NCBI GenBank assembly: GCA_017538365.1
Contig: JAFYIZ010000047.1
Location: 78,800-142,799 of the forward strand
Direction: 5' to 3'
Source of the DNA: a bacterium
GTDB lineage: Bacteria > UBP6 > UBA1177
Length of the DNA stretch: 64,000 nt
Program-made: the position numbers and the translations under genes
Shown here: piece after piece, positions 28,998 to 38,851 of the stretch
Layout of the letters: the number at the start of each line of letters is the position of its first letter
How positions within the stretch are numbered: the first letter of the stretch is position 1
The notes under the pieces: model-generated
Told to the model about the DNA's origin: nothing
The model's database searches: none
The model's input: the letters and a program-made list of their open reading frames with translations, nothing else

Positions 28998-31082
28998 CTA
29001 GTTGATACTTAATTTTTCGAAGTTGAGACCGCCGGGATATGCGTAGCTTACGTCCTGTTCCCAACCGTAGACAAAAAGTCCGCACGGATTTTCGGAGCAG
29101 GTGAGTGTATGGTTTTTGAAAGCAGATCCGAGGTCGACAATGGCGTATGAGAAGTCTGTTCCTTCTATCTTTTTGATGTCGGTTACGGCACTTCCGTCAA
29201 GAACCGGTGCTTCGCCGGTCGTCATAACGATAGTCGCATAGTTGGAAACATAGCTTCCCGGTGTCAGGAAAAGGTACTCTTTTCTAAACTGCTCGTACGG
29301 CGGAATAAGCATCATTGCAGGGTCGCCTACACATTCGTTGGTGTGATCTGACTGGCATGTCGCAGAAATCATATCTGCTCCTGTTAAATACTGCGCAACC
29401 ATAATCTGTTTGTCTGCTTCGACTTCAAGCGTTCCTTTGAAGTAAAATTCGGAATATTCTCCCGCATTAAGCTCGGTTTTTACATCGTTTACCGTGAAAC
29501 TTGTCCAGCCGGAAGGAACAGATATCTTTTCCGGAGTTGCTGGCTTGAAAGTAAGTTTTGTTTCGTCTTCGCTTGCATAAATTCTGACATAATCCCACTC
29601 TTCGCCTCTTGCCTGTGATTTTACGAGGATGTATTTTTTACCCCATGTCTGAACGGGGAAAAGCTGCTGCTCAATGTGGTCGCAGTAACCGTAACCCTTG
29701 GGAATATTAGCGCAGTCAACACCGGAAAATACTGCAAACGGGTGACAGTCTGATTTTTCAGCATCGCAGTAAATTCGTGATCCCGATAAATCTCCTGATG
29801 CCTCAATTTGAGCAACCTGACCTTTTTTCAAGGTAATTGTTCCTTCAGAATCTGCAGCAATTGCAGGGATTCCGTTTGAAGCTGTGATTGCCACTTTCGG
29901 TTTAACCGTGATGATAGTGTCTTCATTGCTTAAACCGATTACGGTTGCATATGTTACTGACCCGCTTGTATGTGCAGAAACGACATAATTAGTGTAAACA
30001 CTTGGTGTCGGAATGAGAAGCGAAGCGTCGTTCGAATAGGAACCGGCACAATCACCCATCATACATAATAAAGCATTGTAATCAGCGCTCATACCGCTTT
30101 CTGTGAACGGGTTTTTGCCGCTGTTGTCAATTGGCGAGAACTGATAAATCGTGACGGGAAGATCTGTTTTGACATGCAGACTGTCCCATTTCAAGCCTTG
30201 TCCGGAAATATTTTTGTCGTTCGGCAGCATAACTATGCCGAGTTTGCCGGGAGCGATGGAAAGACCGTGCGAAGTAGTCATTGTCATGCAGGCTGTGTCG
30301 TTGTCAATGCAGAAATAATTTTTACCGAGGTCAACTTCTCCGCTTTCCGAAGATACTGAGATGTCAACAGTGACAGTTGCTGTAGTGCTTGTGTTGCTTA
30401 CAGTCAAAGCGAAAATCGGGTCGCTTCTCGAAGTATTCATAAAAATAGTTGTGTAGAAATCGCAGCCCTGATAACTGTGGTTCTTTGCCGCTTCTTCACA
30501 AAGAGAGACGCAAGAACCGTTCTGGCAGTATCCGCTTTTGCAGTCTTCAACGACTTCGGAAGAGAGAAGACCTTTCTCACTGCATTTGAATGTCTTTGAG
30601 TAGTCATCTTCGGAGCATATCGATTCTCCCGGAGTGCATATCTGCTGTACGCATTTGTCGTTGTTGCAGACAGATGCATCGCCGCATGGAACAGATTCTT
30701 CTCCGGTTCCCTGATTGTTGCAGCGGATGATGTTTTCGAAATTCTCAGGGTCGCATCTCAAAAGTTCACCAGCCGTGCATGGAGTTTCCGGATTTACAGG
30801 ATCGTTGTTCTTGTCAGGATCTTCTGTGTCGCCTTCATCGGAATCATCTGAATCAGCGGGATCGTTCTCGTCCGGAATTTCTGAATGGTCGTTGTCTCCC
30901 GATGATGAGGTGCATATCTTCTTTTCGGGGTCACAGATTGCACCTGCCGGACAATCCCAAGTCGACTCGCAAGGATCTCCGAGACCTGCCATAGTGTCTG
31001 CTTCATCTTCTTCATCACCTGTGCATGAAGCAAAAAGGAGCGCGAGGATTGCTAAAATTGTAAAAAAGTAAAATTTTTTCAT
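28998..31082 (-). CDS. Secreted Cys-rich acidic lipoprotein (paralog 3) with a different C-terminal domain, possibly IgGFc-binding-like
   Basis: Lipobox LFASCTGDEEDE, EGF-like Cys-rich repeats, and a C-terminal region with 'DVSYAYPGGLNF'. ATG at 31082 with a GGAG RBS. Confidence 0.45.
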   Translation of the reverse strand: MKKFYFFTILAILALLFASCTGDEEDEADTMAGLGDPCESTWDCPAGAICDPEKKICTSSSGDNDHSEIPDENDPADSDDSDEGDTEDPDKNNDPVNPETPCTAGELLRCDPENFENIIRCNNQGTGEESVPCGDASVCNNDKCVQQICTPGESICSEDDYSKTFKCSEKGLLSSEVVEDCKSGYCQNGSCVSLCEEAAKNHSYQGCDFYTTIFMNTSRSDPIFALTVSNTSTTATVTVDISVSSESGEVDLGKNYFCIDNDTACMTMTTSHGLSIAPGKLGIVMLPNDKNISGQGLKWDSLHVKTDLPVTIYQFSPIDNSGKNPFTESGMSADYNALLCMMGDCAGSYSNDASLLIPTPSVYTNYVVSAHTSGSVTYATVIGLSNEDTIITVKPKVAITASNGIPAIAADSEGTITLKKGQVAQIEASGDLSGSRIYCDAEKSDCHPFAVFSGVDCANIPKGYGYCDHIEQQLFPVQTWGKKYILVKSQARGEEWDYVRIYASEDETKLTFKPATPEKISVPSGWTSFTVNDVKTELNAGEYSEFYFKGTLEVEADKQIMVAQYLTGADMISATCQSDHTNECVGDPAMMLIPPYEQFRKEYLFLTPGSYVSNYATIVMTTGEAPVLDGSAVTDIKKIEGTDFSYAIVDLGSAFKNHTLTCSENPCGLFVYGWEQDVSYAYPGGLNFEKLSIN

Positions 31083-31165
31083 GTGAAACTCCGCAATCAA
31101 TACAATAAAACAAAAAATTTTAAGCAGAAACGGAAAAAAATCAAGCCGGGCGCGCCGCATCCTGC

Positions 31166-31198
31166 CGTAATCACGTGATTACGTAATCCCGTGATCCC
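31166..31198. promoter_or_regulatory. GC-rich palindromic element in the divergent intergenic region upstream of fcl
   Basis: A perfect 18-bp palindrome CGTAATCACGTGATTACG at 31166-31183, followed by the related TAATCCCGTGATCCC. It is built of period-8 units NCGTRATY. Confidence 0.4.
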
Positions 31199-31270
31199 GA
31201 CGGCGGCAAAATTTTAATTTTAATTAAAAAGGTGTTATAAGAGTCAGAATTTTTGTTTCGGGGGTATTTC

Positions 31271-32236
31271 ATGGAAAAAAATTCTTTGATTTTCGTTGCG
31301 GGTCACAAAGGGCTTGTCGGCAGCGCGCTTGTCCGCGAACTCAAGTCAAAAGGTTACAACAATCTCATAATGAAAACTTCTTCTGAGCTCGATCTTACAA
31401 ATCAGGTCGAAACGGAGAAATTTTTCGCAGAAAACAGGCCGGAATACGTTTTTCTTGCCGCGGCGCGTGTCGGCGGCATAGGTGCCAACAACAGTTTCCG
31501 CGCAGACATGATTTACAACAACCTCATGATTGAATCGAACGTGATTCACAACTCGTACAAGTTCGGGGTCAAAAAGCTCCTTTTCCTCGGTTCTAGCTGC
31601 ATTTATCCGAAGTTTGCGCCGCAGCCGATGAGTGAAAACGTCCTTCTCACGAGCGAGCTGGAATACACGAACGAGCCTTATGCTATCGCCAAGATCGCTG
31701 GTTTAAAGCTCTGCGAATCATACAACATTCAGTACGGGACGAACTTCATTTCAGTCATGCCGACCAATCTTTACGGCGAAAACGACTCGTTCGACCTTGA
31801 AAAAGGTCACGTTCTGCCGGTGATGATAAGAAAATTCCATGAGGCGAAAGTTCAGGGGCGCGATTTCGTCGAACTTTGGGGAACTGGCAAACCGCGCAGA
31901 GAATTCCTTTACAGCGGCGATCTTGCAGAAGCTGTCGTCAAAATCATGGAAGAAGTCTCTTTCTCCGATCTGACCAAAGGAATGGATGAGATCAGAAACA
32001 CCCACATAAACGTCGGAACAGGCGAAGACATCACGATTTACGAGCTTGCCTACATCATCAAGGATATCGTCAGCTACGACGGCGACATTGTTTGGGATTC
32101 ATCAAAGCCCGACGGAACGCCGCAGAAACTTCTCGACATTTCGAAAATAAAAAGTTTCGGCTGGAAACCGCGCACAAAACTCACCGACGGAATCGAACAC
32201 GTCTACCGCTGGTATGTCAAAAATAATGCAGATTAG
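31271..32236 (+). CDS. fcl: GDP-L-fucose synthase (GDP-4-keto-6-deoxymannose 3,5-epimerase/4-reductase)
   Basis: 'SLIFVAGHKGLVGSAL' NAD(P)-binding N-terminus, and YAIAK (YxxxK) with the Fcl family body. ATG at 31271. Confidence 0.85.
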   Translation: MEKNSLIFVAGHKGLVGSALVRELKSKGYNNLIMKTSSELDLTNQVETEKFFAENRPEYVFLAAARVGGIGANNSFRADMIYNNLMIESNVIHNSYKFGVKKLLFLGSSCIYPKFAPQPMSENVLLTSELEYTNEPYAIAKIAGLKLCESYNIQYGTNFISVMPTNLYGENDSFDLEKGHVLPVMIRKFHEAKVQGRDFVELWGTGKPRREFLYSGDLAEAVVKIMEEVSFSDLTKGMDEIRNTHINVGTGEDITIYELAYIIKDIVSYDGDIVWDSSKPDGTPQKLLDISKIKSFGWKPRTKLTDGIEHVYRWYVKNNAD

Positions 32237-32245
32237 GAGTGAATA

Positions 32246-33151
32246 ATGCTTCTTTATGCAGACAAACTCTTCTCGAAGGAGTGGTTTAAAAGTTTATATT
32301 TGATTGTTCAGGGCGCGCTGATCGCCGCTTTCGGCTATAACTTTTTTCTTATTCCCTACAAAATAATTCCCGGCGGACTCATGGGCCTCAGCAGCGTTTT
32401 TTACCACCTTGTCGGTATTCCTGTCGGTCTTCTCACTATAATTCTCAATATTCCGCTTATCCTGCTTGGAATGAAGATGTTGGGCAACAGGTTCGGCTAC
32501 AAAACGATTCTCGGAATGACTCTTCTTTCGGTTTTTAACGACGGAATGAACTATTTCTGGCACGATGTTACGCTGACAGACGACATTTTTTTGAGCTGCA
32601 TCATCGGCGGAACCTTGGTTGGAGCAGGTGTTGCCTCTATTTTCAAGGCAAAGGCGACTACCGGCGGCACAGACATCATCGCCCAGCTTTTCCATGTTAA
32701 ATTCAAGTTTTCGACTGGAAAAGTCGTTCTTTTTGCAAACATAATCTTCCTTTCTCTCGGTGCTTTGTCTATCCACTTGAAAAGTCCCGAAACGACCGAA
32801 TTTTTCAAAATGATAGTTTATGCGATAGTCGCGCAGTTCACGACGGCTAAAGTGCTTGACGTAATCCTTGAGGGAACTTCGTACTACAAAGGGATTTTCA
32901 TCATTTCGAACAAGTACGACGAGGTCAAGGAGAAGCTTCTCAACCAGATGCGACGCGGCGGAACGATGATCCACGGCAGAGGAATGTTCAAAGACGACGA
33001 GCGCAAAATCATCTTCACAGCGGTCAGCAGACGCGAATCGGCATTTTTAAAAGAGTACATCAAATCGATTGATCCGCAGGCTTTCATCATCATTTTCCAG
33101 ACAAACGAGATTTACGGTCAGGGATTCCTGTCGGTTAAAGATATTGAGTAG
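32246..33151 (+). CDS. YitT-family membrane protein (DUF161/DUF2179)
   Basis: Five or six TM helices with the 'IPGGLMGLS' motif and a C-terminal DUF2179-like domain. Confidence 0.65.
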   Translation: MLLYADKLFSKEWFKSLYLIVQGALIAAFGYNFFLIPYKIIPGGLMGLSSVFYHLVGIPVGLLTIILNIPLILLGMKMLGNRFGYKTILGMTLLSVFNDGMNYFWHDVTLTDDIFLSCIIGGTLVGAGVASIFKAKATTGGTDIIAQLFHVKFKFSTGKVVLFANIIFLSLGALSIHLKSPETTEFFKMIVYAIVAQFTTAKVLDVILEGTSYYKGIFIISNKYDEVKEKLLNQMRRGGTMIHGRGMFKDDERKIIFTAVSRRESAFLKEYIKSIDPQAFIIIFQTNEIYGQGFLSVKDIE

Positions 33152-34004
33152 CGGCGTCGAGAAACGCCTTGATTTCTTCAAGGCGTTTCATTGCAACAGA
33201 CCGTCCTTCTTCGTAGACGCGCTTGAGTTCGCCTTTGTCATGCTCGGTTCTGCTGATTCCGAGCGGTTTCTCGGGGCAGATGATAAGTGCGGCTCCCTCT
33301 TTTTCGCGTGAAAAAATGTAACGCCTCTGCTCGTTGTAGATTTCGTGGCGCACAGTAAGCGCTTTTATGAGTGTCGGATATTTACGGAGCAGGATTTTCA
33401 TAAGCGGCAGAAATTTTATCGGCTGCTTTGTAAAATCACGCGGCTGGGTGAGGACGACAACATTTTTTGTAAAACCGATACTTTCAAAGTATTCAAGCGG
33501 AATAGAATCGGTTGATCCGCCGTCGATATATTTTTTTCCTTCGATTTCAACAGGTCTTGAAACGCCGGGCATCGAGGCTGAAGCGCGCATCCAGAGCGTA
33601 TCTTCTTCACGGCAGTCCACCAGTTTTTTGTAGTGCGTGATTCCTGTGTCGGCATCTGTGACGACGACATAAAACTCCATCGGATTTTTTAAGTAAGTGT
33701 CATAGTCGAACAGGTCGAGTTTGTTCGGAATCTGATTGTAGCAGAAATCGACATTGTAAAGGTCTCCCGAAGTGAAAAGCGAATGGAAGCTGCAGTAGCG
33801 CTTGTCTCCGGCGTATTTCAGGTTGTACCGGATTGCACGACCGATCTGTTTTGATTTCAGGTTGCAGCCGAAAGTCGCACCGGCAGAGACGCCGATTGCA
33901 CCGTCAAAAGTGATGTCGTTTTCCATAAGCACGTCAAGTACGCCGGTTGTGAACATTCCGCGCATTGCACCGCCTTCAAGCACGATTCCCGTTTTTTCCG
34001 CCAT
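33135..34004 (-). CDS. Patatin-like phospholipase
   Basis: Oxyanion 'GGAMRG', nucleophile 'GVSAG' (GxSxG) and a 'DGG' Asp motif. Confidence 0.75.
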   Translation of the reverse strand: MAEKTGIVLEGGAMRGMFTTGVLDVLMENDITFDGAIGVSAGATFGCNLKSKQIGRAIRYNLKYAGDKRYCSFHSLFTSGDLYNVDFCYNQIPNKLDLFDYDTYLKNPMEFYVVVTDADTGITHYKKLVDCREEDTLWMRASASMPGVSRPVEIEGKKYIDGGSTDSIPLEYFESIGFTKNVVVLTQPRDFTKQPIKFLPLMKILLRKYPTLIKALTVRHEIYNEQRRYIFSREKEGAALIICPEKPLGISRTEHDKGELKRVYEEGRSVAMKRLEEIKAFLDAATQYL

Positions 34005-34176
34005 GAATGCCTCCTTAAGCAGACAGAGAGGTGCTTTTTAGCATAACTTTTCTGAAATTCAAGATGTTTAAAAAGCGTGCAGTGAAAATTTTGATGTTCT
34101 GAAAAAAATCGTTCCGGTGATTGACTTATTTGAATGAGTGCTTATTTACTTCCACGTTTTATTGTTTTGCGAGGTG

Positions 34177-36555
34177 ATGATGAGCGTCGAAAATTTTGAT
34201 CTGACAGAAATTCCGGCAACTTTGCCCTTATTCGTTCTGAACGACAGCGTCCTTTTTCCTTTGATGATTTTAGGAATCGGGCACACGGCGGGTCCTGCGT
34301 TTGACAATCTGCTCAAAGCGGCAGCATCGACCGGAAACTACGTCGTAGTGGCTGCGAGAAAGCACGATAAACCTGAAGTTCCTGCAAGCGATCTGCACTT
34401 GACTGCGGAAGATATTTATCCGGTTGCTACGATTGCGGCTCTTGCAAGGGAAAGAACGGGAGTCGGAGCCGGCGGCGGTGCGATTCTCAAAGGTCTGAAA
34501 AAAGTAAGGATAAAATCGACGTTTTTCGATACTAATTTTCAGGTCGGTTTCGCAAAAGTCGAAGTCGTCGAGGAAGATACATATTTTCAGGAAAGCGACA
34601 AGCTGCTTATGCGGACGGCGATGGCTGAAATCAGAAGAATGATCGACATGCTGGTCTCTTTTAACCGCGTTCCTGCAGGAATGTTCAAGGATTTCAAGAA
34701 TATAAGCGATCCGGCGAGACTCTCTGAATTTGTCGCTTCCAACTTTATGAGAAGTGTCGCCGATATGCAGAAAGTTCTTGAGGAAAACTCTCCGATGAAA
34801 AAGCTGGAGATGGCGCAGCGTGTTCTCGAGGACGCTCTTGCGTTCGCTCAGGTTCAGAACGACATAAAGCGCAAAACGATGGAGCGGCTCGACAAAGGGC
34901 AGAAGGATATGATTCTTAGAGAGCAGATAAAGCAGATTCAGAACGAACTGGGTGAGGGTGATCCTTTTTCTGCAAGTATCAGAGATTACGAGAAAAAACT
35001 TGAAGAAGGTCTGCTTCCCGAACATGCGGTGCCGGAAGTTAAAAAGCAGATCGAGCGCCTTAAAAGCATGAGTCCTTTTTCGCAGGATTCCTCGATGCTT
35101 TCTTCGTGGATAGACTCAGTTTTCGAGCTTCCGTGGAAAGAGTCAACTGAAGACAATAAAGACATAAACGAGGCGGAAAAAGTGCTTCAGGCCGATCACT
35201 ACGGTCTGGAAGACGTCAAAGAGCGTATTCTGGAATTTCTGGCTGTGCGTCAGATAAAAGGCGACCAGAATTCTAAATCTCCGATACTCTGCTTCGTTGG
35301 GCCCCCCGGAGTGGGCAAAACTTCGCTCGGAAAGTCGATCGCACGTGCTTTGAAGCGCAAATTTTACCGCCTGAGTCTGGGCGGTCTGCACGATGAGGCG
35401 GAGATACGCGGTCACAGGCGCACTTACGTCGGTGCGATGCAGGGAAAGATTTTGAAAGGGCTCACTAACTGCAAGTCGAACAATCCCGTTTTCATGCTTG
35501 ACGAGATAGACAAGCTCGGAAAAGATTTCCGCGGTGATCCGTCGTCGGCTCTTCTTGAAGTGCTCGATCCTGAGCAGAATTTCTCGTTTCTGGATAACTA
35601 CATCGGGATCCCGTTTGACCTCAGCAAAGTATTTTTTATCGCGACGGCAAACTGGGAAGACACCATTCCCGAACCTTTGAAAGACAGGATGGAAGTTATC
35701 CGCCTTTCCGGTTATACCGACTTGGAACGTATTGAAATTGCTAAGAAATATCTCATTCCGAGACAGCTTGAAAACAACGGGCTCGCACCGAAAGAGATCC
35801 AGTTTACGAAAGAGGCGCTTCTTTTCATTTCGAGAAGATACACCCGTGAAGCGGGAGTCAGAAATCTGGAGCGCTGCATCGGTTCGATCTGCCGCAAAAC
35901 TGCGACTCTCAAAGTCCAGAAAAAGGATTTTGCTAAAAAAATCACTCCGAAAGTGGTCGAGCAGTATCTCAAACTTCCTCCTTTTTCGGAGCACGATTTC
36001 GATGAGGAAAAGAGAGTGGGCGTTATCACCGGCCTTGCGTGGACGCAGTACGGCGGTGCGACTCTGAAGATAGAAGCAAATTCGATGAAAGGCACAGGAA
36101 ACCTGCTTCTTACCGGAAAATTAGGCGAAGTCATGCAGGAATCGGCGCGCATCGCACTTTCATTCATCCGCAGCAACGCGGCGAAATTCGGTCTGGGAGC
36201 CGATTTCACGATAAGCGACAAGGATATCCACATCCACTTTCCGGCTGGAGCAACACCTAAAGACGGCCCGAGTGCCGGAATCGCGATAACTTCGGCACTT
36301 TTGAGCCTTTTTTTGAACAAGGCGATCGACCCGAAAACCGCGATGACAGGCGAGATCAGCCTCACCGGCGAAGTGCTTCCCATCGGCGGACTCAAGGAAA
36401 AACTTCTCGCTGCAAAACGCAACGAAGTGAACAAAGTCTTCATTCCGGAGCAGAACCGCGCCCTTTACGAAAGCATCGAAGACGAGATAAAATCAGGGAT
36501 CGACGTCGTTTTCGTCAAGGAATACAACGACGTTTTCAAAGTTTTGTTCGGGTAG
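34177..36555 (+). CDS. lon: ATP-dependent Lon protease
   Basis: Lon N-domain, AAA+ Walker A 'GPPGVGKTS' and protease 'DGPSAGIA' with catalytic Ser. The track start at GTG 34138; an ATG at 34177/34180 is more likely. Confidence 0.9.
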   Translation: MMSVENFDLTEIPATLPLFVLNDSVLFPLMILGIGHTAGPAFDNLLKAAASTGNYVVVAARKHDKPEVPASDLHLTAEDIYPVATIAALARERTGVGAGGGAILKGLKKVRIKSTFFDTNFQVGFAKVEVVEEDTYFQESDKLLMRTAMAEIRRMIDMLVSFNRVPAGMFKDFKNISDPARLSEFVASNFMRSVADMQKVLEENSPMKKLEMAQRVLEDALAFAQVQNDIKRKTMERLDKGQKDMILREQIKQIQNELGEGDPFSASIRDYEKKLEEGLLPEHAVPEVKKQIERLKSMSPFSQDSSMLSSWIDSVFELPWKESTEDNKDINEAEKVLQADHYGLEDVKERILEFLAVRQIKGDQNSKSPILCFVGPPGVGKTSLGKSIARALKRKFYRLSLGGLHDEAEIRGHRRTYVGAMQGKILKGLTNCKSNNPVFMLDEIDKLGKDFRGDPSSALLEVLDPEQNFSFLDNYIGIPFDLSKVFFIATANWEDTIPEPLKDRMEVIRLSGYTDLERIEIAKKYLIPRQLENNGLAPKEIQFTKEALLFISRRYTREAGVRNLERCIGSICRKTATLKVQKKDFAKKITPKVVEQYLKLPPFSEHDFDEEKRVGVITGLAWTQYGGATLKIEANSMKGTGNLLLTGKLGEVMQESARIALSFIRSNAAKFGLGADFTISDKDIHIHFPAGATPKDGPSAGIAITSALLSLFLNKAIDPKTAMTGEISLTGEVLPIGGLKEKLLAAKRNEVNKVFIPEQNRALYESIEDEIKSGIDVVFVKEYNDVFKVLFG

Positions 36556-36560
36556 ATACT

Positions 36561-36623
36561 CTCAATTCCCCTGCTAAGTTAGCGGGGGTGGCGCGTAGCG
36601 ACGGGGGCGTGTGTCGCATTTTT
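36561..36623 (+). repeat. Structured ~62-nt repeat element, copy 1, containing two hairpins. The second hairpin doubles as the lon terminator.
   Basis: ctcaattcc + hairpin CCCCTGCTAAGTTAGCGGGGG + tg + gcgcgta + hairpin GCGAC-gggggcgtgt-GTCGC + attttt. It is homologous to the reverse complement of 38337-38397. Confidence 0.6.
36598..36623 (+). terminator. Rho-independent terminator of lon
   Basis: GCGAC/GTCGC stem with a 10-nt loop, followed by ATTTTT. Confidence 0.5.
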
Positions 36624-36638
36624 GACTTCGGCGGCATG

Positions 36639-38231
36639 TCATAAAATTTGCAAAGAACATTCAAAATTCGGGTCTTCCCATTCGTATCCGTTTTCTTTAG
36701 GGCCGCCTCCGTCACTTTTCAGTCCGAGTTCGTCAAATGAAGCGCATTTTTCTCCGGTCCACATTTTGCCTTCGGGACATGGATCAAAGGCTACGCATGC
36801 TGTGTGGGCCTTGTTGGTTTTATTTTGAGCTGTCGTGGAGTAGAACTGCGTGCAACAAACACCTGTGCAGAAGATAGTTGTATAAACAATAGCTTGTGTC
36901 GGGTCGTTCATATATGACGTTGATGACCAGAAGCTGTATGGGTATTCAGTATCATGATCGTGTATGAAATAAGTCTCGTTTCTGTTGGGAAGTCGCCACT
37001 CTGATATACCGGCATAACTCAGGTTCTCGCAGTATTCAAGAGCTTCCTGCCAGTTTTTGTCTTTTTCGGGAGTCTTAAGCAGGAGCAGTTTTTGCGGAAG
37101 AAGATTGAGAAGTTCGTATTCGCCGGTCTGCAGTGTAACAGTGCAGGATTCTTGTTTGTCAGGTAAGTCCCGGACACTCCGGTAGTTGAGTTCTTTCGGC
37201 ATGTTGCCTTGTATGTCGCCTATTTCGGTATGTTGGTCGGAACAACGTGCTGTTGCCAATCCTGTTTGGAAGTCAAATCCTTCCATAATATAATAATAGT
37301 AGCCCTGCTGAGGTCCTGTATGATGCAAATACTCCTGCATTCCCATAACAAAAATTCCGGAAGGAGTATCTGGAAAATAAGCCTCATTTATAACCGGGTC
37401 GAAAGTTCCGCTGTCTATTATCGATTTGTAATCCTTAAAAGTCGTTTTTCTCCAATCGGAATATCCTCCGACACTTATGGTGTTTGGGTAGTTTGATGGG
37501 TAGTATGACACACGAACTGCCTGAACCCACTCAAGTTTGGAATTGTTGTCTATGACAGTTTTGTCTGATCCGTAATGTTTGATAGTGAAATTCTGCGGAA
37601 GGCAGTACCTGTTTTCGGCATAGTTTGCATCCTGACCGAAGAAAGGTTCTCCCGCTTTGGGGCAGGGGATCTCTTTCTCGTTGTCGTAACATTTTGTCTG
37701 ACCTGTGCAGGATAATCCTTTGAAAGAGCTTACCGGTTCGCATGTTTTTTTATTCGGAAACCAGACAAAATTTTCTTTGCAGACACAGACATAATCTCCG
37801 CTTTCACCTTTCGTGAGGCACTTGCCTGTCGAGTTTTCGACATCTTTGCACGGTTCTTCGAGGCATATTCCCTGAACAGGTTCATCCTCTTCATAGTCGG
37901 TAAAATCCTGATCGTTGTCGGATTCAATACCGTCATTGTCAGGTTCCGAGAGAGTTTCGCTGTCATCGCTGTCCAAATCTTCCTCAACCGCGTCGAAGTC
38001 CTCGTCAACCGAATCGTCATCTTCCTCAACTGCGTCGAAGTCCTCGTCAACCGAATCGTCATCTTCCTCAACTGCATCGAAGTCCTCGTCAAGCGAATCG
38101 GCATCGTTTTCTGCTTCGGCTTGTTCCGACTTTTTTCCTCCGCAGGCAGGCGCCAGAATGAGCAGGGCTGAAATTAAAACGAAACAGAAAAAAACTTTGA
38201 AATGAAGTTTTGTGAGTGAAATATCTTTCAT
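36639..38231 (-). CDS. Acidic-repeat lipoprotein with a C-terminal DUF1566 / Fibrobacter-succinogenes-major-paralogous-type domain
   Basis: Lipobox LILAPACGG, 3 x DEDFDAVEEDDDSV, Cys-rich EGF-like region and 'ISEWRLPNRNE' (the WRLP motif of DUF1566 / Lcl C-terminal domain). Confidence 0.5.
   Translation of the reverse strand: MKDISLTKLHFKVFFCFVLISALLILAPACGGKKSEQAEAENDADSLDEDFDAVEEDDDSVDEDFDAVEEDDDSVDEDFDAVEEDLDSDDSETLSEPDNDGIESDNDQDFTDYEEDEPVQGICLEEPCKDVENSTGKCLTKGESGDYVCVCKENFVWFPNKKTCEPVSSFKGLSCTGQTKCYDNEKEIPCPKAGEPFFGQDANYAENRYCLPQNFTIKHYGSDKTVIDNNSKLEWVQAVRVSYYPSNYPNTISVGGYSDWRKTTFKDYKSIIDSGTFDPVINEAYFPDTPSGIFVMGMQEYLHHTGPQQGYYYYIMEGFDFQTGLATARCSDQHTEIGDIQGNMPKELNYRSVRDLPDKQESCTVTLQTGEYELLNLLPQKLLLLKTPEKDKNWQEALEYCENLSYAGISEWRLPNRNETYFIHDHDTEYPYSFWSSTSYMNDPTQAIVYTTIFCTGVCCTQFYSTTAQNKTNKAHTACVAFDPCPEGKMWTGEKCASFDELGLKSDGGGPKENGYEWEDPNFECSLQIL
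37965..38090. repeat. Coding 42-bp tandem repeat x3 (DEDFDAVEEDDDSV) inside the 36639-38231 gene
   Basis: Plus-strand tcgtcaaccgaatcgtcatcttcctcaactgcgtcgaagtcc x3. Antisense ORFs at 37730 and 37915 are artefacts. Confidence 0.7.
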
Positions 38232-38336
38232 TTTGAACTCCGGGACTTAGAAAAACAAAACGGATAATTATACTCAATATTAAAATAAAAAACAGAATAT
38301 TTGAAATTGAGCATGAGAAAAATACCGAGTGATATA

Positions 38337-38397
38337 AATGCGACACACACGCCACCGCCGCAAGCGGCACCTCCTCTAACTTAGAGGAGGAATTGAG
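38337..38397 (-). repeat. Structured ~62-nt repeat element, copy 2, in inverted orientation relative to copy 1
   Basis: Its reverse complement reads ctcaattcc + CCTCCTCTAAGTTAGAGGAGG + tg + ccgcttgcggcggtggcgtgtgtgtcgcattt. It is ~75% identical to 36561-36623, with compensatory substitutions that preserve hairpin 1. Confidence 0.6.
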
Positions 38398-38495
38398 TAG
38401 CGGAGTTCCGATAAAAACAACGGATTCTAATTGACAAGTTTGATTCTTTTACTATATATACAGCCGTTTTTTGCTGAGTATGTTCTGAGGATACT

Positions 38496-38843
38496 ATGTT
38501 CGGTAAGTTTTTGAAGTCGAAAATTCATCGTGCAACGGTTACCGGTGCGGATATAAATTATCAGGGAAGCATCACGATAGATAGAGAGTTGATGGCTGTT
38601 GCAGACTTGCAACCGTTTGAATTTGTTGATGTTTGGGATGTTACGAACGGTTCGAGGATAGAGACTTACGTCATCGAAGGCGAAGCCGGCTCTGGCTGCA
38701 TCTGCATCAACGGTGCGGCGGCTCACCTTGTCACAAAAGGCGATCTCGTGATAATCGCTTCTCACAGATATGTTTCGGAAGGTGAAGCAGTTCCCGAACC
38801 GAAGATCGTTTTCGTCGATTCCAACAATAAACCCGTTCATTAG
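38496..38843 (+). CDS. panD: Aspartate 1-decarboxylase
   Basis: '[29 protein letters not shown]' with the Gly-Ser self-cleavage site and the PanD family body. Confidence 0.85.
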   Translation: MFGKFLKSKIHRATVTGADINYQGSITIDRELMAVADLQPFEFVDVWDVTNGSRIETYVIEGEAGSGCICINGAAAHLVTKGDLVIIASHRYVSEGEAVPEPKIVFVDSNNKPVH

Positions 38844-38851
38844 AGGTTTCC

